A DNA stretch of 64,000 nt from Marsupella aquatica (taxonomy: Eukaryota; Plantae; Marchantiophyta), in contig OZ316898.1 of NCBI GenBank assembly GCA_973895155.1, positions 11,183,187 through 11,247,186 of the forward strand. Reading direction: 5' to 3'. This document shows positions 1-12,820 of the stretch, piece after piece (positions within the stretch are counted from its first letter, which is position 1; each line of letters begins with the position of its first letter). The notes beneath the pieces are model-generated. The model saw only the letters and a program-made list of their open reading frames with translations, was not told where the DNA came from and searched no databases. The translations under genes were made by a program, and so were the position numbers.

Positions 1-727
1 CATACCATATGTGCTAACTACTACAACAAAAAATAGCAAAGTAGACCAACTTCTCAGATAGTCAATCAATGCTGACGAAATCAATGACAAAAGAACGAAA
101 AAGGACCCTCAGCTCCTACATAGTTGTAATGACATACTCCAGAAGTAGAGCCCAGGAACTCCGACCAACAGGAAATCTATCGACCCATACGCCACAATGC
201 GACTAAAGCAACCCACACCACATTATGGGCACTCACTTCTTGGTACGGAAACCAAGGAGGAAAACTAACATGCTATGCACCCTTGAATTTTCCATCGTCA
301 ACTCTCAAGTGAAGTGAAGCAGATCTCATTCTCCGAGGACACCTCCACCACACTCTCGAGAGAAATAGACAGGACCTGAGTTCTACCTCTGAAGCTTCCA
401 GGGTGTCATAGTTCTATATCAAGGACAATGTTCAGTCGTAAAAAAACACTCGGAAAACCAATATCTATGATACACTACGCACGGCCCGACACAGATTGCA
501 GACAGGTGGCAAGAACCCTATACTCCAACAGATGACACCGCCAACATTCTAGATCTAGCATTATTGTCACTAACACCACAGAAAAGCTTCTCGAGAATGA
601 CCAGTTCTACTACAATAGATATAAACACCGGAAACCGACCTGAATTGGTCAAAATGGGGGAACGGCACGGGACAGTCCTCGAATTTCTCATAGAGCAGTC
701 GCTATGGCCTCCAATCGAGATCCGCAC

Positions 728-802
728 CTGGGTTGCAGCCGTCTGCCGAACAGCAACGGAGCCGAGAGCAGCACCAATGATGGTAGCTGAAACCGCAGCC
801 AT
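728..802 (-). CDS. Probable first coding exon (transit-peptide-like) of a gene continuing off the left edge of the window
   Basis: ATG at 802 gives MAAVSATIIGAALGSVAVRQTAATQ followed by a CAG|gtgcgg donor. It has an MA start, is Ala/Ser/Thr-rich and lacks acidic residues, like a plastid transit peptide. No downstream exon was identified. It lies head-to-head with the gene at 1277. Confidence 0.45.
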
Positions 803-1276
803 CTCCGACAACAACAACGACGACAACAGCTCCAACGAAATGCGAACAGAGCCGAAACCCCTAGAATGCTCTCCTCTGCTTGGTGGAATGCAAAGCCTCG
901 TCGCTCGGCTGATTCCCTTGCTACCACTCTAGTGTCCGCCAAGCACGTTCGATTCTGCCGTTTTCATCTCGAGCAGATAAGGTATCTTCGTTCACCTACG
1001 AGGTCATTGCGATTACTCTTGTACCTATGCCATGGATGAACGGTGAGAGGGCACTCTTCCTAAGTGCATAATACGTAAGGGCATAACCTGCCTTACTGCA
1101 AGCAGAGTAATTATTAATTTCAACGTGTTTTCGTTTTAGCCAAAGTGGTGAGTGTCACCTGGTGTGAAGGAGAAAATGCTCGGAATATACTTTATCTACT
1201 TTTCCTACATTGATTTCTGACCCTTAGATCCAGTGTACACTTCTACAGTAGTCTTCTAGGGTACAGGGTTTAAGCG

Positions 1277-3305
1277 ATGGCGAGCGAGAGCTCTTCGTCC
1301 AGCGATGAAGACGAGGAACACAATGCTGCGTTACGCAGTGTCGCCATCGATTCCAATGCTGTTCTTCAATTCGCGATGCCCTCAGTTCAAGGTTCTGGCC
1401 GCAAATCTCGCCTATCGAAATTCTCCAGTAAGAGAACTACAAAAGTCCTTGAAGACGACGATGACACTGACGGAGATGGTACCGGTGGGCTGAAGTTGTA
1501 TCAAACTAGGGTACTTTATTCCTTTCCTTTCCTCCCTCCACCGCTCTCTGTCTGAAAGAGAGTTTGATAATTGAATCTAAACTTTCAAGGAGCAGCCGAT
1601 AGAGTTTCGGTTTAAGCACACGACTTCTTCTTCCTTTCTCATGTCTAAAGTCTTATCCAGTGGTGCCAGTCTCTCGTTGAATTATATTCTATGCCACAGT
1701 GTGTTTCGCACCCACCGACCATAGCCCCTTCTTCTGTCTCTAGGTCTTAGATTTGAACCTCAAATAGATGAAATGTGAAAGTGTTTTCCAGGATAATTGT
1801 GCGTTCTCTGTCAATAATCTCAACTGCTTTAAACGTTAGGTAGGCTGAGGGAGCACGGAAACGCAATTGCATCGAAATTTACTGCAGCTCATTGACGCAT
1901 TTCTAAGTTATTGGTTGAAAATGTGGACCCACTTCTGGACGTAGGGCCTGATTTTCAAAATCTTTTAGAGTAATTTAAAGAAAATTTGTTAGTCGCTGAT
2001 TTGAACGACTTCAGCTAAATTATTATTGTTTAGAAGATGAACTGATAAGAAGTGTATATGTTCTTGCACAGAATTTTGTGAGTTTGACCTCGGCATGTTG
2101 GCTTTGACCTGGATGAAATTTTATAGACTCGTTTTTTCTGGTCTGGATGCTGCTTGAGTGGCATGGTTCTGATATTTAATGATATCGATATCCTTAAGCC
2201 AGTCTGTTATACTCCAACTGTTGGGTCTCGTGGGCAGTAGACAGGATTACTCAATCATCAAGGTATTGTAGTGAATTTGTGGACTTTATCCATTGTGGCA
2301 GATTGCTTTGTCTGCAGGTTCAAGACCTTCTCCAGAACCACCTCGACAAAGTTTTTGAGGAAAGTGTAGGGGAGGTAGCAGTTGAACCTGAGAATGGTGC
2401 GAAGTCTGGTGGTAACGGAGCAGACGACGAGACTTATGATGACGAAATTCGTCTCTATGGCGATGCGCCTCTTGGTGTTTCCTTGAAGAGGTCCAGGCCA
2501 TCGAAGCGTAAGTCGTAGTAGGTCCATTTTCCCTTACCAAAGAGACTGCATTTTGTGATGTCATTCATAGTGCAGACTTCGCAGAGATGGTTTTATCTGG
2601 CTTGAAATCCTTCGTACGGACGTGTTTGGGTCCAAGTTTTGTACTGTGCATTCTTGAAGCATGAGAACGCATGTACAGAACTACGTTAACTGACCACTCA
2701 CTGGTAAGTTCCAGATTTTCAAGTGAGACTGCTACCTCCGCGATATGACAGTAGTGATGACGATTCAGCTGAGGTATTTCACACAAGATCTCTCAAAGCA
2801 TCGTTTCTGCCTAGGTCTAATATGTAACAAGGCTCAGTTCAATTCATGATCTTCACATGGCCAGTGAAGTCTGAAATGTGGATTCAGAGACATCGAACGT
2901 CACGAAGAAGTTGTGTTAGGATAGTGTGACTAATATAGAATCAAATTGGAGTAAGCAAACTTTCTTTCTAAAGCTTTCTGAATCGGAGACTGATCGTTCA
3001 GCTGATGTGCTTTACAGCGGGAGTCTCGTTTCCAGGTGGCAGCTATTGAGACTTCGGAGGTCATATCTCAGGCAGAGAAAGCCCGGGCAAAAGCTTTTGC
3101 CAGATTTCTGGAAGCAGAAGAGGCCTCCCGAAAAGCAGACAAAGCTGAAGCAGAGCGAGTAAAACATTTGAGGAAAGAGCGAGGGGAGGAGTGGCTTCCT
3201 TCAATTGCTAAGGAAGCCATGATTGAAGTTAGAAATGAAACACAGAGAAGAAAAGCAATGACCTCAGAGGCGAAGATTGGAGTAGTTGCCATCTACAGGA
3301 TTTGA
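1277..3305 (+). CDS. Conserved plant protein of unknown function, CUSTOS (C12orf43)-like; 4 exons: 1277-1510, 2318-2507, 2715-2773, 3018-3305
   Basis: GT-AG junctions give one continuous frame: MASESSSSSDEDEE..LRSVAIDS..GLKLYQTR|VQDLLQNHLDK..IRLYGDAP..|..RYDSSDDDSAE|RESRFQVAAI..ERVKHLRKERGEEWLPSIA. The acidic/Ser-rich N-terminus and these motifs resemble CUSTOS-family proteins as I recall them. The gene structure is solid; the family name is less certain. Confidence 0.7.
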
Positions 3306-4851
3306 GAAACTAGATTCTTTCAGGCAGTGGGAGTCAACTGTCTGGTCAAGCTCTTTGGAAACAATGTACTATTCAGGGATGTCATGGTATGCGAGTACGG
3401 TCATGTGTACTATATGTGAGCTGGTGCATGCGCTGGCCTATGTCTGTGTTCGTCATTGAAAGTCATGTTTTCTCAAGGAGAGGAAACCTTTTGAGAGGGT
3501 TGAAGATGAAAGTGATTATGTGTCCCTGCACATCTGGTAACAGTGGTTATTATCACTATGATGGTTGTCCGTACTAAGTAAAACTTTTGCCCACATATTG
3601 TTATACAAGATCATACGAAAGTTTTCCCACATGGTCCTGCATGTTGCAGGCACATTTTACCCCTCGTGCACGCTCCTATTGAAGTTTTCTTCAGGTATGT
3701 GTACCGACCTCACGACAGCATTGGCATCTGGTTAACAGCAATTCCCAGTCAGCCTTATCTTGGAAAGATCCATATTGTTTTCTAATTGGAGGTAACGTAG
3801 GTAAGTTGTTGGAGGCCCATCGAGGACACGAAACACTGGCTCGAGACAGCGCCAAATCCTTGGCATCAAACCTGAACCATCGGGCTGAGCTGCCACTATG
3901 GACCAGCACGGTCTACTACGATCGTTCCACAGTTCAGGCCGGAGACAGACCTTAATTCTTCAGAAGAAACTCGAGAAGTACGAATTTGAGAATTTACATA
4001 GTTTGCATCAATATGCGAATGGTGTTAGTGTTTTTGAATTCATGAACCTCGTGGGTAAAATAATCATGAATGTATGTTAAAATGGCCTTCAATACATACG
4101 TGCAGCCCGTTCCTTAAATTCTGTACTAGGAACTTAATACATTCTTCTGGAGCTCAGCGTGAGAATTGAAACACTCTAAGCTCTAACCTAGTCGTAGAAT
4201 TTTCACTGAAGTGCCCATCCATCATGTGCTCCTGTTACATTGCTTAGTACAAAAGGTCTTGAAGGATAACTACGTGTGATCTCTTTGTCCAAGTAGCAGA
4301 CTAACTGGGAATAGCACCACAGTACTTCTAGGACACATGTTGAACTTCTAGTGATCAACCACAGCTTGTGCTCGAGCAAGAGTATCACGATCCTTAAAAC
4401 TTGAAGGCCCGAAGTTCATGCAGACCTAAGTTACCAGACAGATACCCTTAGTTGAGCACCGGAATCTGACAACATTACTTCAACAATGATAGTTGCTGAC
4501 TACGGTGAAGGTATTCAACAGAATATTTAACGAACTAAACGGAAGTGAAATGCAAAATTTGTAGCCACTGTTCAGTGATTAATCATAACACCGTTTCCAA
4601 GTCTGATCCTGTCTTATGACCAACAGAAGGTAATTGGTCCTTTCAGATATGTCCCTCACCGCATTGTCAAGGTTGCACTTTGACTTAGCCAACAATATCC
4701 TTACCATGCCACACCTCGTTGGATAATCAAGTTGACCAGCTTTGAACAAAAACCTTGCTCTAAAAGTTGGTCATGTCGAGCCCAGGTAAGCAGCCTTAAC
4801 GTCTTGTAGCCCCTCAATTAATATTCCCATCCAGGCAGGGATCCAAAAGAA

Positions 4852-7120
4852 TCATGATGATAGAGATGCTGCAAATGCCTGTATGAATTGGTTGATTAGT
4901 GTTGGATAACAGCTCTATTCGTACAGGTCCCTTCCTAACCTTGTCCACAACGAGTGCTCATGCTTATTTAACAGCCAGATACTTGCTTCATATCATCATC
5001 CAAGTTGAAAAGCAAAGACCGAGTGCCATCACTTCAAAACCAATTATCCTAACATATACCTGGCATGTGTTAATTGGTTTTGTACACTCACTTCTTGAGC
5101 TTGCCTTGAACACCCGACAAATGCTTGAACAAGCTTTGAGCAGAGTAATGGGTTCTGCATCTCCCAGCAACCACCCACAGCTCAGATGATAAATTGCAAA
5201 AGACATTTTTTTTGCGTCAATGTAGGGTCATGGGGAATTTCATTGCTGATGTGGTTCCCAGAAGTCAAATCACAGTGCAGTAATCGTAACGAACCTTCTG
5301 GTTTTCTTTATAGCACTCTACACAGTTAGCCCGCTCATTTGAACAGGGTGGAGCATGGGAAGGAGCTCTGTGAAGAACAGACAAATAAAGACTTGTTAGA
5401 GTGATACATAAGTACCATATTCCGCAGTTGAAAGCTTTCATTGGTGAGGGAAGTAAGGATAATGGTAAACATATATGCCATACTTTCAGCCGAATTAATA
5501 TAGGAAGGAAAAAGAGGAACCCCCGCGGGGGATATTATTGGCAACATTTCCAACATACTAAGAAAACTCTTTAATTAACCAATAAGTGTACCTATATTGC
5601 TTTTCTTGAAGCTCTCGAGCCATTTCTTGCACCTTTGCAAGCTCACGATCTCCTTGTTTCTGAAGTCTTTGAGCAAGTTGCTTCTAAAAATTCAAACATC
5701 ACTAGGTCAGATCTTTGACCACGACATGCAATTCTTAGCTCCATATTCATTACAGAAATCAGTGAACAGACACGTAACACAATGCAGTGTTGATCCATAG
5801 CAGATATATTGCGAGATCATCATTGTCCTTGACCAGTAAGCTGAAAAATGATCTCCTTCTCTTTGTAGGCTCTACCGTCAGCAGTAAAGCGTACACACAA
5901 GCAAATTAATAGAAACGAAGACGATATCTAAATGGGCCAATCATACTCGGAGCGTTGAAACTAATTTATAAGGAACCTCAATGCTGAATACGGGGGTGAT
6001 AAACTCACACTTTCGTCAATTGCCTGATAAACAGGGGCCAGCTCCTTCTTGAGATCAGCTACAGGCGGTTCTACACTAAGTGGAGTACCAAAAATACCAC
6101 CAAAGGGAGGAAAGTAGGGGTCCCGTGCTGGCCATCCTCCTGCTGATGGTCCATGCTGGACATCTGGTTCATGCCATTCAACGGTCTTCTCTTGAGGCAC
6201 AGGAGAGATTGAAGAGAACGGTCTTGGCTTTGCCTTTGCCTGTCTTCTCCTTTTAGGTCTCTTTTCTCCTTGCTCTACCAGTCTTTGCATGAGCTCAGGT
6301 GTCACCTGTAGAATCAGACTGTTAGCCCGCTCGTCCAGAGAAAGCATGATAGCAGAGGAAGAGAAGGGAATTAGAACAATATGCCGTAAATTGTGAATTT
6401 CTGATGTAACACCCATGTAGATGGTCTGCAAACTGAAGAGGTAGATTGAAGTCAGGAACACTGTCTTTACGAGTTATTCAAAAGAAGATTCCATCAGCAT
6501 TTAACAACGTGATCATAAGCGATATGCGTTTCTGGCAAATTCCAAACGAGCAACAACACACTGAAGAACCACAAAACCAGCACCTAACAAGAGAAGCTTC
6601 ACGAGCGTCTGCCATGGCCAATAACAAACAGCGCTCACAACACGACCTAATCTCATAGTAGACTCGGACGACCAGAATTGGAGGCATGACAGCTCAGGAA
6701 TCTCTTCGGAGAAATCTTGACAAAGTATTATATTATGAAGCTCCCAATATTGTTCACTGATAAGTTTTAGCATGAAGAGGTAGCTTGCTTTCCATCTCGA
6801 TTCAATACAATCCTTGAGGAATGGAGGACAATTCAGATACCTCGGGGCCTGCCACCCTCGTCACCCTTTCCTATGCTTAGGAAAGACCTGTGCGAGATAA
6901 ATTAAGTTCACGATCACCAATCTATCTTCCCAACTTCACTATCAGTAGCGACCACCTCACAACTCCTTCCCTAGCAGTCCTGAGGCCAAGCGTGTAAATC
7001 TGCCAACAGGACGGATCGTCGATTTCGAACGAACTATGAGCTCTCTTCCATTCCATGCATTTACTACTAAAGAGCACGACATTCGGAAAGATATACCTGC
7101 AACGCGAACGAATTGCTCAT
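4852..7120 (-). CDS. Twin CX9C (CHCH) coiled-coil protein, Mic19/CHCHD3-like mitochondrial intermembrane-space protein, ~191 aa; 6 exons: 7120-7097, 6305-6009, 5683-5592, 5367-5295, 5154-5092, 4878-4852
   Basis: Phase-consistent GT-AG splicing yields MSNSFALQ|VTPELMQRLVEQGEKRPKRRR...AIDES|KQLAQRLQKQGDRELAKVQEMARELQEKQYR|APSHAPPCSNERANCVECYKENQK|NPLLCSKLVQAFVGCSRQAQE|AFAASLSS*. A coiled coil is followed by C-x9-C...C-x9-C. The last exon is the least certain. Confidence 0.8.
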
Positions 7121-7668
7121 CCTGCCTGCCTGCCTGCAAAGTCCCGGTTTCTCGACAACTCTATTTCCTCCGGCAGAGCATAAGCTCTCGAATGCAGAGG
7201 AGAGGCGAGCAGAGAGGAAGACGAACCCGCAGAGCGATCAAGTGAGTCTTAGCTGCCCATAACAGGTGCAACGACGGACGTCCGAAGTCGTCAGATCTGG
7301 GACTTTTCAACACCCAGTGTTCAACAATTGGTTTCTGTTCTGGAAATGAATGGGTGAGAAGGACAACAGGGAAGAGGGATTATTGAAGACAGACAGACTG
7401 CGAAATGGGAAGGGTAATGACGTTTATTCTTGTCATCATTCCTCCATTGCAGCCGTGCGAAGTGGCAGGATGAGTTCTTCGCATCAACAGGCAACAGCTG
7501 AGCCTCTTGAAGGATGTGCAGTCCTCATTGTTTTGAATGAGAGAGCTTCTGTAGACGGATCGTATCCATTTCTGAGGCTTTGTGGGCGCACCCCATACAT
7601 ACTGCTTCGTACATAATTGTGGAGACATTGGGATTTGGCACAAATCTTAGCTAACTTCACTGCATGTA

Positions 7669-7790
7669 AACCAGGGTCTACATTTTCTCTTTGTAGCTTA
7701 GGAGTGGGTTATGTACCTAATAGAGTACATTTTAACCAGGGTCTACATTTTCTCTTTGTAGCTTAGGAGTTGGGTTATGTACCTAAAAGA
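7669..7790. repeat. Tandem duplication, ~65 bp x2
   Basis: aaccagggtctacattttctctttgtagcttaggagt(t)gggttatgtacctaa occurs twice, nearly identical. Confidence 0.9.
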
Positions 7791-7931
7791 GCCCAATCAA
7801 AAGCTTTTCCCTGGGTGGGTATGACCTCCTTGTGGGCTACCTTACAGTGGTGCATGCTCCAGAGTTGCTTTTTAATCCTCTCTTGGATGGGTTAGCTTTC
7901 AAGTTCAAGGCAAAAATAAAAGATTTTTGCT

Positions 7932-8500
7932 GGGCCTACTGTCTAGAGTGAAGCCTGTAGATGTGACTCCAAGTGAGGGCATACTTAACGGTCAGTGTGT
8001 ACACAAAAAGTGAGGGTGCACACAGAAAACAAGGATGGGGGCAAAGATGAAAAGGAAGTAGAATGGAATCCTCCTTTCTGCAAAGTTTTTTCTCCTCCTT
8101 ATCTCTATTTATGTTCAAGGAGTGGGTAACCAGGGTAGCATAGTGTACCTCACATCCCTTCAAGACTTTTCCCTTTGTGTTTTTCTGTACTTTATAAGGA
8201 TGCCTGTGTCAGGCTGTGCAAGGGCATTATGGGCACACAGTGCTCTCATTTTGGTGAGTTTACACAATGCATTATGAACAAAACTTTAGCATATATATAT
8301 ATATTCGTTTGGGCCTACGTTCTAGAGTGAAGCCTCCATAGAGTGATGCTAACTTAGGGCATGACTGAAAGTGAGGGTGTAGACAAAAGCAGAGGAGGGG
8401 GGGGGGGGGGGGGATGAATGGGAAATAACCAGGAATCATTTGTCTACAAGGTATTTTTTGGTCCTCACCTCTATGTATGTTCAAGGAAAGGGTAATCTGC
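7932..8500. repeat. Degenerate direct repeat, ~200 bp x2 (about 7932-8130 and 8311-8500)
   Basis: Both copies share, in order, gggccta..ctagagtgaagcct, aaagtgagggtg, ggaatc and ctctat.tatgttcaagga..gggtaa. Confidence 0.7.
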
Positions 8501-9289
8501 TAGTGTACATAAACTTGCATGAAGCATCAGAGTGGGCATGTAGGATCATAGACGAGGGTGCTAATACACTTAATGGCCTAAGAAATTTTGATTTGTACTG
8601 TTTTTAGTAACGGCAGAGGGTTAGTTTCATAATTCCTCATTCAAGATCCCTCTTGTGCATTTTTCTCCACAAACACAACTCATTGTACAACCTGTGCAGT
8701 GGATTAAGACGATGTCTTTCATAAAAATCTAGACCCAAGGTTTAAGTTTATTATAGCACTCTTGAGCAAGCTCTTGGGAGTGCTTTACTATACACCTAAT
8801 GTACTCCTTAATTTTTCTTTTGGTAGGTTTTGGAGCTTCATGGAGAAGAATGCATAGTCCACATTTTGGTGCATTCACATAGGGATTCCTAAAATCACCA
8901 GTCACTTATTTAGTGAGTCACATAAATATAGAGCAACCAGTGGGAATGTTCTTATTGAACTCCTTCAACAAACACTGAAAACGACACTCCAATAGAGGAG
9001 GAGCTCTTCATCATGGGCTTGAATAGTGAGTAGGGTGGGAATTGAGGCCAGGTACACAGCAAATCCCAAACTCACAGCTCACTCATTTAGTGACTCACAT
9101 ATAGAGCAACCAGTGGGAACATATAGGACAAGGACACTCTGGGCAGAGGGTTACTAGGCTGGAACTCTGTGACCAAAAGTGAAAAAAATATTGAGTGACG
9201 GTAGCCGGGGAGTTTTCTAAGCACTCTGGGAGCAGGGTTGACACTAGAACCCCAACCCAGACTGTCATTATAGTATGTAAATGTGCTAC

Positions 9290-9658
9290 GGAAAAAGGTA
9301 ACAATCACGAGTTCCCAGGCAGGAGATTATGGGAAAATGGCTACACACTTATTCCATACCCCATTTACATCCTTATTACACTCCTTCAACAAAGAAAGAC
9401 ACTCCAGGAAAAGTTAGCCAGAAAAGCTAACAAATTACTAGTTTCTAGACAGGAGATTATAGAAATAGCAAGGACCTTTAAAAATGGTTACACACTGGTA
9501 AACTTTATTCCATACCCCATGTACATCGTGTTGTACTACACTCCAGCAAAAGAAAGATACTCCAGGAAAAGTTAACAATCACAAGTTTCCAGATATATAT
9601 TATGGAAATAACAAAGACTTCCAAAATGGTTACACACCCATAACCTTTATTCCATAAT
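9290..9658. repeat. Degenerate tandem repeat, ~140 bp x ~2.7
   Basis: Recurrent blocks aaaatggYtacacac, ttattccata and aaagaaagaYactccaggaaaagtta. Confidence 0.8.
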
Positions 9659-10790
9659 GCACTTTAGTTCTTATTAGGGTGTCTCAAAGCTTCAATATTA
9701 AGGATGATCTCATTCGACAGTAAAGGAATGGTCATAACTTTTTCACAACTTTATGTAAAAGTTTTTTTTGGTTTTTCTGTCACCAGCCTCTATAGTGACC
9801 AATAGTAATGGCATAAAACCCGTCCTTATGGCAAAATGTTATAGACTCTGAATTTCATAGTTATAAACTATTTGCCTCCATAACCCCTATGTAGGGAGTT
9901 AAGGTCCATCAAATTGTCACCTTTTAGACACCTTTGAGAGGCCCTACTACACTCATTGAGCAAAAGAAAGAGACTCCAGGACAGCTTCCTTAGAATGTCA
10001 TGGGCAAGTACAGATTCCGATCGGTCGTGAGTTCTGGACTCATGATGCCTGTTGGTCGAGAGAGAAAGAATGATAAACAATTGAAGTTGGCAGCCGCTTG
10101 ACCCTTTCTCTCTCCAATTCCAGGCAGAAGCAGCAGCAGCAGCAGCAGCACGCCTGATGTACATACGTCTGATGTACATACGAAGACTTTTCGAGCAGAC
10201 GAAGGAGGAAGAGGAGGAAAGCTCTGGTTGGATGTGGTCTGGATTTGGCCTAGCGAAGCTCACTGTACATACATACAGTCTCACGGTACTTACCTTTGGC
10301 CTCGATCGACCAACGAACTACTTCTGTTGCTCGAGTAGCCCTGCGGACTGACTCCGTCAGCGACTAGCGCAGTGAGATTTCCTCTGCTTCGTTTTCGCTC
10401 GATCTGCCTCTCTCGCTCGACATTGTTCGGGACTGCCGCTCGCCAGATTTCGCTTGAAACCGTGGTTTCTCGAATTGTCTGTGCTTCCGTCTGCTCTGTG
10501 TAGATCGAAAGCGCCATCGCCGGGGGCATCCGAGCTGGCCTTGGGTTTCAACGTTCGAATGAGGAGGAGGTTTCAAAATTCTGGACAACCTGACGGTCCT
10601 CGGGAATCGATCGTCAGTGCACGCGGTCGGAGGGGTCGAGCGGGAGCGGGCATTCGGAGGCCAGCTAGCTGTGTTGGGTCGACCGTTTGTACAGTGTAGC
10701 GGCTGGCTGCGAAAGCCATTTCTGTTTCTCGGTTTCCTTCCTTGAGACAGAGCGGTCTGCTGGCGATTGGATCAGGCGTGGACAGCCAAG

Positions 10791-12820
10791 ATGGTACAGT
10801 GGTTTGACTGCCATCCTCTTTTATCATTTCCTCTTTCTCAAATGTGTTTTGAATGAGTTTTAGGGTTCCTTTCGCGGCTGTGTAGTGTCGTGGATAGGAA
10901 TTTGCCCCTCGTGTCTCTAAGTGTCGGTATGGGGAGAGTGGTCTGTAAGGTTTACTGCGGTCTCAGAATTCTATCCTTCCCGATGCTTGTTCTGTGCGAA
11001 ATTGGACTCGGACCTTCCGATCTTTTGATACTTCAGAGCTTCTCCGATCTGTTGAACTCACATTCTCTAAAAGCTGCTACGTGCTCTATGCTAGATTTTC
11101 AGTTCTGAAAAAGCAGCATGAGCCTGCCCTCATGGGATTGATTTGGCCTTTCTAGGTGTGGACCGTGCTTGTGTTTAATTGTAGTGCAGAACTCTCGGTG
11201 CCTTCTTGCATCCTTTCTGGTTGAGTCACCCGGGCAATCTTTCTATAGCTTGCGAGGTCTTTTCGTCGCCTGGTTCTGTAAATTCAAGCTCCTGTTTATG
11301 GACTTGATCTGGTTGGAAGGAATGGGGTGGGACTAAAATGGAAATCATCCTTTAGGGTGTTTAGGGGCTTAGGCCAATCAACGTGATGTCCGCTTACATT
11401 TGAGAGCATGTCCTCCGGTTGCTTTAGATGCTGATCGAATTGTCTGCACGATTATTTGGGCCTTTGCTTCTTGGGATCTCAGCTCAAGCAAGTGATTGCC
11501 TTGTCTTTGGTTGGATTGACACTTTTGTCATTGGTCGGAATCGTACTCTCTCTGTCTCTCTCATTTCTCAGGGTCACCAATTGATGTTATGAAGATATTG
11601 TGCTGTGGCATTTGCTCACCCATGATGCTTTGTCTGAGCAGATTCGATTCATCTTACTACAAAATCGACAAGGGAAAACGAGATTAGCGAAGTATTACAT
11701 CCCTTTGGAAGATTCCGAGAAACACAAGCTTGAATATGAGGTGAGTACTTGCTGCAGAGATATATCGCAGATTGGCCTCAATCACCTCGCATTTGAATAA
11801 TTTTGCTGTTGCGGAACCTCCTAACCCTCGTCTCCGGGAACGTCCTGGGAACTCCAACGGACAGAAGCTACACTGAGTGACAAGAGTTTGTGCTTACTGT
11901 AGATTTGGCAGCTGTGCTGGAAATGACTCGCTATTTTTCATTGTAGGTCCACAGACTGGTGGTGAATAGAGATCCAAAGTTCACCAACTTTGTGGAGGTA
12001 CGTTAGTGTTAATCATTATGTTGCTCATTCACGGCATTGTAGGAATTTGAAAAACGGTCATCGTAATCTCCCTTTGCAAACGTTGCCGTATAACAATTTG
12101 CCGATCTTTTTACTTTATTTTCGAGGAGCCATTGCGTATCGTATTGTTTCACAGCTCAAATGTGCTTCTAAGTTAGTTCTCAGTGGACTCGTGTGCGCAG
12201 TTTCGAACACATAAGGTCATATATCGGCGCTATGCAGGCCTCTTTTTCTCTATGTGTGTGGACATCACTGACAATGAGCTGGCCTACCTTGAAAGCATCC
12301 ATCTCTTTGTAGAAATCTTGGATCATTTCTTCAGCAATGTTTGTGAGCTGGACTTGGTTTTCAATTTTCACAAGGTAAGCACTTTGCTGAGGATTTACTG
12401 TTTATGCAGGTTGTCTTTCTACACCAGTTAACATTGTATGTCGGAATTTCCTTGTTCATAAATTACTTAAATATGTTCAATATACTGAGATGACCAGCTG
12501 ATCTTTCCAGGACATAAGACGTTTCCGGACTCGTATAGCATGACGAATCTCATTTCGCTTTTGCTTTCTTCTCAGGTGTATTTGATATTGGATGAATTCA
12601 TTTTGGCTGGTGAATTGCAAGAAACGAGTAAGAAGGTATGAACGCGTGATCTGTTTCGGTGACATCTGTTCACTGGTTACATCATTGTGTAAGCCTCCAG
12701 GGTATCGGTCATATGTACTGTCGATAGTTGGAGGAGGCAGCGTATTATGGCGGTCCACTTAACATTGCGGTTTCAAATGTGCAGGCAATCATTGAACGAA
12801 TGAATGAGTTGGAGCTGTGA
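10791..12820 (+). CDS. AP2S: AP-2 clathrin adaptor complex sigma subunit (AP17), 140 aa; 6 exons: 10791-10793, 11642-11740, 11947-11997, 12201-12374, 12576-12635, 12785-12820
   Basis: Spliced product M|[33 protein letters not shown]|[17 protein letters not shown]|[58 protein letters not shown]|[20 protein letters not shown]|[11 protein letters not shown] is recognisably plant sigma2-adaptin. The start is assigned to ccaagATG|gtacag. Confidence 0.95.

Noticed and set aside
564-932. 122-aa plus-strand ORF
   Set aside because: It is the antisense shadow of the more plausible minus-strand exon and UTR, with no domain signal.
9195-9575. 126-aa ORF with repeated NGYTL..PYP
   Set aside because: It is a translation of the ~140-bp tandem DNA repeat.
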